From assembly GCA_046565645.1 (NCBI GenBank), contig JBKHYD010000015.1:114268-178267 (forward strand): 64,000 nt of DNA. The letters run 5' to 3'. Positions 57,636-64,000 of the stretch are shown one piece after another (the stretch's first letter is position 1; every line of letters starts with the position of its first letter). Under the pieces are notes generated by a model that ran no database searches, was not told the DNA's origin, and saw nothing but the letters and a program-made list of their open reading frames with translations. Source of the DNA: Acidimicrobiia bacterium (GTDB lineage: Bacteria > Actinomycetota > Acidimicrobiia > Acidimicrobiales > VFJN01). The position numbers were made by a program, and so were the translations under genes.

Positions 57636-58120
57636 GGCCCGATCCAGCGGTCCAGGGCCAGCTCGAGCTGGGGGAGGCGGTCGTGCCAGGCGGAGCCGAC
57701 GGCCCGGAAGGCGAGCGTGCGGTCGTCGTCGCCCTCGCCGAAGGTCAGCCGGACCTCGAGGAGCTGGTGCGGGAGGACCGGGGTGATGGCGTCGCCCCAC
57801 TCGACGAGCACGACACCACCGTCGTCGAGCATCTCGGCGAGGCCGAGGTCGAGCGCCTCGCTCAGCTGGTCGAGCCGGTACACGTCGAGGTGGTGCACCG
57901 GGAGCCTTCCCCCCTCGTAGACGTGCACCAGGGTGAACGTGGGGCTGGTGACGCGGCCCGTGATCCCCAGGCCGCGGCTGAACCCCTGCACGAAGGCGGT
58001 CTTGCCGGCCCCGAGGTCTCCCGCCAGCACGAGAACGTCGCCGGGTCGCGCGAGGTCGGCGACGGCGGCGCCCAGCTGGCGCGTGTCGTCGACCGAGCGG
58101 GTGCAGGCCTGGACGGTCAC
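57629..58120 (-). CDS. tsaE: tRNA t6A synthesis ATPase TsaE
   Basis: GDLGAGKT, TSPTFTL, HHLDVYRL, VEWG. Confidence 0.95.
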   Translation of the reverse strand: MTVQACTRSVDDTRQLGAAVADLARPGDVLVLAGDLGAGKTAFVQGFSRGLGITGRVTSPTFTLVHVYEGGRLPVHHLDVYRLDQLSEALDLGLAEMLDDGGVVLVEWGDAITPVLPHQLLEVRLTFGEGDDDRTLAFRAVGSAWHDRLPQLELALDRWIGPC

Positions 58121-58129
58121 GGGGCGAGC

Positions 58130-59248
58130 CTACGGGGACGGGTAGCGCCGTTCGACCCGGGCGCCGATGGCGCAGACGACCTCGTAGGAGATCGTGCCGA
58201 GACGCTCGGCCCACTCGTCCGGGGTGATGTGCTCGTCGCCCTGGGTGCCGAGCAGGACGGCCTCGTCGCCGGGGGCGACCGCGCTGCCCGGTCCGACGTC
58301 GACCATGAGCTGGTCCATGGTGACCACCCCGACGATCGGGTGGCGGGTGCCGCCGATCAGCACCTCTTGGCCGAGGAGGCCGAGGCGGCGAGGGACGCCG
58401 TCGGCGTAGCCGATCGGGAGCGTGGCGATGGTGGTGTCCCGCACCGTCCGGTAGCGCAGCCCGTAGGAGACGCCCTCCCCCGCGGGCACCGGCTTCACGA
58501 ACCCGACCTCGGTGGCGAGGCGCACGACCTGGCACAGGTCGGCCCGGCCCGCGAGCGCGGGCGCCGGCGGGATCCCGTAGGTGCTGATGCCGCAGCGCAC
58601 GAGGTCGTAGCGAGCGGCCGGGTGGGCGATCGCTCCGGCCGAGTTGGCGGCGTGGCGCATGGGGACGTCGATGCCGGCGGTGGCCAGCTCGGCCAGCACG
58701 GCGTCGTAGCGCCGGAGCTGCTCGGCGGTGAAGGGATCCTCCGGCTCGTCGGCCACCGCGCAGTGGGTCCAGACCGAACCGAGCCCGAGCCAGCGCTCCC
58801 CGTGGATCGCCTGGGCCAGGTCGAGCGCCTCGCCCGGCTCCACGCCGACCCGCCGCATCCCGGTGTCGACCTTCAGGTGCACCCGAGCCGCCGCCTTGCG
58901 CCGCCGGGCGGCGGCGGCGAGCCGCCGGACCATGCCGGGCGTGTACACGGTGATGTCGAGGTCCAGGTCCAGCGCGTCGTCGATCTCGTCCGGGCGGGGC
59001 TGGGACAGCAGCAGCACCGGCGCCTCGATCCCGTGGTCGCGCAGAGGCGCCGCCTCCGGCACCTGGGCCACGGCCAGCCACGTGGCGCCGGCGTCGAGCG
59101 CGGCCTGGGCAACGGGGGCGGCGCCATGGCCGTAGCCGTCGGCCTTCACGACCGCGCACACCTGGGCGGGCGCCGCGATGCGTCGCAGCTCCTCGACGTT
59201 GCGGCCGATGGCGTCGAGATCGACCTCGGCCCACGCCCGGGCCATCAC
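58130..59248 (-). CDS. alr: Alanine racemase
   Basis: AVVKADGYGHG (PLP Lys), HLKVDTGMRRVG, HAANSAG, VSYG, IGYADG, TISYE. Confidence 0.96.
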   Translation of the reverse strand: MMARAWAEVDLDAIGRNVEELRRIAAPAQVCAVVKADGYGHGAAPVAQAALDAGATWLAVAQVPEAAPLRDHGIEAPVLLLSQPRPDEIDDALDLDLDITVYTPGMVRRLAAAARRRKAAARVHLKVDTGMRRVGVEPGEALDLAQAIHGERWLGLGSVWTHCAVADEPEDPFTAEQLRRYDAVLAELATAGIDVPMRHAANSAGAIAHPAARYDLVRCGISTYGIPPAPALAGRADLCQVVRLATEVGFVKPVPAGEGVSYGLRYRTVRDTTIATLPIGYADGVPRRLGLLGQEVLIGGTRHPIVGVVTMDQLMVDVGPGSAVAPGDEAVLLGTQGDEHITPDEWAERLGTISYEVVCAIGARVERRYPSP

Positions 59249-60657
59249 GGGCCGGCCTCACCACGGCGGACGCCCAGCCAGCGCTCGACCGGGCGGGCGC
59301 GGGGGGCCACGCTGGCCTCGTCGAGCACGGTGGGCAGGAGGCCGAGGAGGTCGCTCGCCACCAGGCCCTGGCGCGGGCCCTGCGCCGCCGCTCGGCCGTG
59401 GAGCCAGGCCCCAGCTGCTGCCGCGTCGAGCGGGGCCACGCCGCGGGCGAGGAGGGCCCCGATGACCCCGGAGAGCACGTCACCGGTGCCGGCGGTGGCG
59501 AGGCGGGCGTCGCCGGCGGTGGCGAGGCGCACGACCCCCGAGGGATCGGCGACCACGGTGGTGGCGCCCTTCAGCAGCACCACCGCTCCGGTCTCGGCGG
59601 CGAGGGCCCGGGCGGCGCCCAACCGGTCCCGGCCCGGGGCGGCGCCCATGAGGCGCTCGTACTCGGCGTCGTGGGGGGTGAGGACGGTGGCGGCCACCCG
59701 GTCGCGGACGACAGCGTGGTCCCGACCCACGGCGGTGAGGGCGTCGCCGTCGACGACCGCCGGCACCGGAGCCGAGCCGAGCAGGAGCCGGACGCCGCCC
59801 TGGGTGGCCATCGAGGTGCCGAGGCCCGGCCCGACGACGAGCGCCCGGAACCGGTGCAGCTCCCGGCTGACCGCCTCGGCCCAGCCGTCGTCGGGGAGGC
59901 GCAGGCCGACCGCCTCGGTGGGACGGCTCGGGTCGTCGGCGAGGCCGGGCGTGGCCAGCCGGACCATCCCCGCCCCCGCTCGCTGGGCCGCGGCGGCCAC
60001 GAGGTGGGCGGCGCCGGTCATGCCGGGGGAGCCGGCCACCACCATGACCGCGGTGGTCCACTTGTGCGCGTCGGGCGCCCGGGCGGGGAGGAGCGCGGCG
60101 ACGTCCGCCTCCTCCACCACGTGAGCGGTGGCGGAGGAGACATCCAGGCCGATGTCGGCCACGACGACCGCACCGGCCAGCGCCCGTCCCGGCTCGAGCA
60201 GGAGGCCGGGCTTCAGGGCGGCGAACGTCACGGTGCGGGCAGCAGCCAGCACCGTTCCGGCGGCCTGGCCGGTGAGGCCGCAGACGCCGCTCGGGATGTC
60301 GACGGCCAGCACGGGCGCGTCGCCGGCTTCAGGGGCATCCCACCCCCCGCGGAAGCCGGTGCCGAAGGCGGCGTCCACGACGAGGTCGGCGATGGGGAGC
60401 CGGGCCGGAGCGTCGTGGGCGTCGACCACGTCGACCCGAACCCCTCGGCGGGCCAGCCGACGGGCGGCCGACCGTCCGTCGGCCCCGTTGTTCCCCTTGC
60501 CGGCCAGCACGACCACCCGCCGGCCGTAGCCGCCGCCCAGCATCTGCAGCGCTTCCCGGGCCACCGCCGCCCCCGCCCGCTCGATCAGCTCCTCGACCGG
60601 CTCCGGTGCGGCGGCGTCGACGGCCGCCATCTCCTCGGGGGTCAGGACCGGGATCAC
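59245..60657 (-). CDS. nnr: Bifunctional NAD(P)H-hydrate epimerase/dehydratase
   Basis: AGKGNNGADG, DAAFGTG, VDIPSG, HKW, LTPHDAE, LLKGA, LATAGTGDVLSG. Confidence 0.93.
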   Translation of the reverse strand: MIPVLTPEEMAAVDAAAPEPVEELIERAGAAVAREALQMLGGGYGRRVVVLAGKGNNGADGRSAARRLARRGVRVDVVDAHDAPARLPIADLVVDAAFGTGFRGGWDAPEAGDAPVLAVDIPSGVCGLTGQAAGTVLAAARTVTFAALKPGLLLEPGRALAGAVVVADIGLDVSSATAHVVEEADVAALLPARAPDAHKWTTAVMVVAGSPGMTGAAHLVAAAAQRAGAGMVRLATPGLADDPSRPTEAVGLRLPDDGWAEAVSRELHRFRALVVGPGLGTSMATQGGVRLLLGSAPVPAVVDGDALTAVGRDHAVVRDRVAATVLTPHDAEYERLMGAAPGRDRLGAARALAAETGAVVLLKGATTVVADPSGVVRLATAGDARLATAGTGDVLSGVIGALLARGVAPLDAAAAGAWLHGRAAAQGPRQGLVASDLLGLLPTVLDEASVAPRARPVERWLGVRRGEAGP

Positions 60658-60906
60658 CGGCCCAGCGTAGGACCCCTCTGGTCGGCAAGCCCCGACGGAG
60701 GGGCTCCGCTGGACGGATCGGTGCTCCCCGGCCCCCGACCGGCCGGCGCAGCCGCCGGTCGGCGAGGCGGTGCCCCGTCAGGGACCGAGGGCCTCCAGGC
60801 GGTACTGCCACGGGCGGTGGGCGTCGGGGCTGCAGGTGAGGGCGACCCTCTATGGCCCAGGACCGGGGTTGGAGCTCGGCCAGCCGGCGCTCGGCCAGCT
60901 CACGAC

Positions 60907-61026
60907 GGGGAAGAGGTAGGCGTTGGCCTGGACGGGGTGGCCGATCTCACCCTTGAGCTCGGCGCAGAAGACGCCCAGCGGGGGCCGGCACCGGTGCAGC
61001 GAGCTCAGGACGATCGTGGCCCCGTC
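60907..61026 (-). pseudogene. Remnant of a JmjC/Cupin_4 (ROX/YcfD-like) 2-oxoglutarate oxygenase gene
   Basis: Start-less frame reads DGATIVLSSLHRCRPPLGVFCAELKGEIGHPVQANAYLFP, which matches the pre-catalytic segment of this family; the HxD motif is absent. Confidence 0.7.
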
Positions 61027-61105
61027 GGTGCGTGGAGCGAACCTGCCCCGGGAGCCCTCGGTCTACACGAAGCTGCCGGCGACCGCTGGTCACGACCGAC
61101 CTCGG

Positions 61106-61471
61106 TCAGAGCGCGACGGCGATCGCCTCGGCCAGGTCGCTGGTGTGGGTGAGGGTGAGGAGCCACCGCTCGATCCCCCGCTCGGCGGCGGCGACGGCGG
61201 CGGCGCCGCCGAGCTGCAGCGACGGCGCGCCGCTGTCGGCCCGCACCACCTCGATGTCGTGCCAGCGGCAGGCACCGAGCCCGAGCCCCATGGCCTTGAG
61301 GACGGCCTCCTTGGCCGCGAAGCGGGCGGCGTAGCGCTCGGCCGGGTCGCGCCGCTGCTCGCAGTAGGCCCGTTCGGCGGGGGTGAAGAGCCGCTCGGCC
61401 AGGGTGGGGGTGCGTGCGAGCGAGGTGCGCATGCGCCCGACGTCGCACAGGTCCACCCCGATCCCGATCAC
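61106..61471 (-). CDS. acpS: Holo-[acyl-carrier-protein] synthase
   Basis: GIGVDLCDVGR, FT..E, AARFAAKEA..KA, LTLTH. Confidence 0.93.
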   Translation of the reverse strand: MIGIGVDLCDVGRMRTSLARTPTLAERLFTPAERAYCEQRRDPAERYAARFAAKEAVLKAMGLGLGACRWHDIEVVRADSGAPSLQLGGAAAVAAAERGIERWLLTLTHTSDLAEAIAVAL

Positions 61472-61478
61472 GGACCGA

Positions 61479-64000
61479 TCAGCGATCGTTGGTGCGCCAG
61501 CGGTCGGCGAGCTCGCGGATGGGCTCGACGAGGAGGTCCACCACCGGCACCTCGGCGAGGAGGTCGTCCCGGAAGGTGGGCTCGGTCTCGAGCACGGCGT
61601 CGCGCAGGGCCGACCAGCGGTTCCGGTACCCCTGGAGAGCGCCCCGGGCGGCGGAGACCGGCAACCGGTCCTCGAACCGGACGTGGAGGAGCGTGATCCC
61701 CGTGGCTCGGTCGTCCTTGGTCTCGGGGACGATGACGACGGTGCGGCCGTCCACCCGCCCCCGGGTGACGAACACCTGCCGCTCGACGGCCACCGTGTGC
61801 TTCGTGCCCCGCAGCACGCCGGCCCGCTCGGCCCGGGACGGGATGTCGAGCGCGATGCCGCCCCGGTCCACCACGGTCACGGGGACCTCCCCCTCGGCTG
61901 GCTCGCCGTCGATCTCGTAGCGGATCCAGCCGGTGACCTCGGCCACGGCCGGGTCAAGGTCGGCCAGGGTGCGCAGCACCTTGTAGGAGAGGCGGTCCCG
62001 GGCCGTCCCCGCCGCCAGCACGGCCTGGACGAGCGCCGGCTGGAGCAGGGTCTCGTCGCTGCGCGAGATGCCGACGGTGACGGTCTTGGCCTGGTGCTTG
62101 ATGGCGTCGACGGGACGGGTGAGCTGCTCGATGCCCTGGGTGAGGGCGGCGGTGAGGTCGTCCACGACCACCGCCGGGGTGCCGATGCGGCCCATCTCGG
62201 CCTGGTAGGCGTCGAGCGGGGCGACGCCGAGCGCGTAGCGGAAGGCACCGGCGAGGCGCACCGCGGTGCTCGCCTCGAGGTTGCCGTCGTAGGCGCCGCT
62301 GCGCAGCCCGTCGAAGAACCGGGTGGCCGCCGCGCTAAGCGCAGGACGGAGGGACCGCAGGAGGTCGTCGCCGTCTGCGGTGGCCGACTCCCCCACGGCA
62401 TCCTCGATGGCGGCCCGGGCCTCCCGCAGCGGGAGGGCCTGCGCGTCGATGGCGAGAGCCGCCTCGTAGCCGAAGAGGTGACCGGCCACCGTGGCGAGCA
62501 CGAACCCGAGCTGGGGGTGGCACTCCGGCACCGAGATGACCTGCAGCGCCGCCGCGAAGCGCGCCTGGCCGTCGCTGGCGATCACGATCGGGGTGGCCTT
62601 GTGGGCTCGGTAGATCGCCACCTCCTTGGCCACGTCGTCGGCGGTGGAGCCCTCGAGGCCCGCCGCGCAGACGAGGATCAGCGGCTCGCAGGACAGGTCG
62701 ATGTGCTTCTTGTCCTCGGTGGCGTCGCAGGCGATCGAGCGGTAGCAGAGCTCGCTCAGCTTGATCCGGAGCTCTTCGGCCGCCACCCGGTTCACACCGT
62801 TGCCGACCAGCGCCCAGTAGCGCTTGCTCGGCGCGAGCTGCTGGGCTGCGGCTGCCACGGCGGGGCGCCGCCGGAGCGTCTCCTCCATCAGGGCAGGCAG
62901 GTCGCGCAGCGCGGTGAGCAGCCGCTGGTCCACGGTGCCGCCCACCTCCTCGGCGATCGCCCAGGCCAGGAGCAGGCCGGCCGCGATCTGCGAGTAGAAG
63001 GCCTTGGTCGAGGCGACGCTCATCTCCACGTCACGGCCGTCGGAGGTGTAGAGGACGCCGTCGGCCTTGTCGGTGAGGTCGGAGCCGCGGCGGTTCACGA
63101 TCGCCACGACGGTGGCGCCTCGGGCCCGGACGAGGTCCACGGTGCGGTTGGTGTCGGTGGTGGTGCCGGACTGGCTGATGGCCACGATCAGCGTGTCCGA
63201 CATGTCGGCCCGGAGCCCGAACCCGGAGAGCTCGGTGGCCGGGAGGGCCTCGACGTGCAGGCAGCCGTCCGGGGCTGCCGCCGAGAGCGCAGAGGCGAGG
63301 CTCTGGCCGGCGACGTGCGCCGTGCCCTGCCCGATGACGAGCACGCGGCCGATGCGGCCGTCCCGGAGGCCGGCACGGACCTCGGGGCTCAGGACGTCGG
63401 GCCCGAGCGCCACCGCCAGCCCGGCCTCCCGCTCCACCAGCTTCCCCCGCAGCGTCTTGCGGAAGCTCACGGGGGCCTCCGAGATCTCCTTCAGCAGGTA
63501 GTGGGGATGGTCGCCGCGGTCGATGTCACGGGTGGTGACCTGGGCCCGCTGGAGGTCCTCCTGGCTCACCGGCAGCGGCGTGCCGTCGTAGGCGAGGCGG
63601 GCGATGCCCTCGAGGGTGCCCGCCCGGGTGCCGTCCAGGACCACGATCTGGCCGCGGCTGGCGCTGGGGTTGTCGGGGTTGGCCGGCGTCTCGCCGTCCA
63701 TCCGCAGGTAGGCGTCGGTGAGCTCCACCACGCCGTAGGGCTCGGAGGCCACCACGTAGCAGCCGTCGGCCAACCCCACGTAGAGCGCCTGGCCGCTGCC
63801 CCGCAGGGCCAGGAGGAGGTGGTCGGGGTGGCTGGCGGCGAGCGCCCCGATGGCCACCGAGCCCTCGAAGCCGGCCACCGTGTCGCGGAAGGCGTCGGCG
63901 AGCGCGGCGCCGTCGGCGAGGCGGCGGGACACGAGGGTGGGGATGACCTTGGCGTCGGTGGTGATCTCGGCCGCCACCCGCAGCCCGTCGGCCGCCTTCA
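61479..64000 (-). CDS. glmS: Glutamine--fructose-6-phosphate aminotransferase-like protein with extra insertion and C-terminal domain; 5' end outside the window
   Basis: TDAKVIP, LLKEISEAP, ISQSGTTTDT, VASTKAFYSQ, LKLSE-like IKLSELCY, HQAKTVTV. Confidence 0.85.
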   Translation of the reverse strand, partial: KAADGLRVAAEITTDAKVIPTLVSRRLADGAALADAFRDTVAGFEGSVAIGALAASHPDHLLLALRGSGQALYVGLADGCYVVASEPYGVVELTDAYLRMDGETPANPDNPSASRGQIVVLDGTRAGTLEGIARLAYDGTPLPVSQEDLQRAQVTTRDIDRGDHPHYLLKEISEAPVSFRKTLRGKLVEREAGLAVALGPDVLSPEVRAGLRDGRIGRVLVIGQGTAHVAGQSLASALSAAAPDGCLHVEALPATELSGFGLRADMSDTLIVAISQSGTTTDTNRTVDLVRARGATVVAIVNRRGSDLTDKADGVLYTSDGRDVEMSVASTKAFYSQIAAGLLLAWAIAEEVGGTVDQRLLTALRDLPALMEETLRRRPAVAAAAQQLAPSKRYWALVGNGVNRVAAEELRIKLSELCYRSIACDATEDKKHIDLSCEPLILVCAAGLEGSTADDVAKEVAIYRAHKATPIVIASDGQARFAAALQVISVPECHPQLGFVLATVAGHLFGYEAALAIDAQALPLREARAAIEDAVGESATADGDDLLRSLRPALSAAATRFFDGLRSGAYDGNLEASTAVRLAGAFRYALGVAPLDAYQAEMGRIGTPAVVVDDLTAALTQGIEQLTRPVDAIKHQAKTVTVGISRSDETLLQPALVQAVLAAGTARDRLSYKVLRTLADLDPAVAEVTGWIRYEIDGEPAEGEVPVTVVDRGGIALDIPSRAERAGVLRGTKHTVAVERQVFVTRGRVDGRTVVIVPETKDDRATGITLLHVRFEDRLPVSAARGALQGYRNRWSALRDAVLETEPTFRDDLLAEVPVVDLLVEPIRELADRWRTNDR

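Noticed and set aside
60778-60849. RVALTCSPDAHRPWQY as a remnant of a 3-methyladenine glycosylase C-terminus
   Set aside because: Resemblance is too short and weak to support.

Overview
High-GC actinobacterial chromosome segment; the gene set and protein styles suggest class Acidimicrobiia (inference). The backbone is mostly housekeeping: sdhCAB, mdh, icd, metF, folD, purNH, sucCD, pcrA, guaA/guaB3/guaB, maf, dusB, groESL with two CIRCE boxes, tsaEB-rimI-tsaD, alr, nnr, acpS and a 5'-truncated, unusually long glmS. I found no rRNA, tRNA, CRISPR array, integrase or transposase. The most interesting accessory loci are: (1) a lower-GC three-gene restriction-modification-like operon (12.5-15.4 kb) with an SPPY methyltransferase fused to a catalytically degenerate YraN-like nuclease fold, a small acidic protein and a putative PD...SxK nuclease; (2) a coupled operon (3.7-6.1 kb) of a stand-alone phospho-His swivel domain, an unknown 380-aa protein and a CrtC/AttH-like protein, divergent from an SCP2 lipid-carrier gene; (3) a 99-nt mini-ORF overlapping both the sdhC stop and the sdhA start; (4) apparent pseudo-enzymes (a Glu/Leu dehydrogenase-like protein without its lysines, a Rieske-like protein without Fe-S ligands); (5) an ECF sigma / beta-propeller membrane protein / amidase cluster; (6) a MazF-type toxin-antitoxin pair with repeats between purH and folD, a frameshifted ClC-CBS gene and a JmjC gene remnant. 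All assignments come from motif recognition by eye; no database searches were run. Many start codons were re-called inside longer ORFs of the supplied track.
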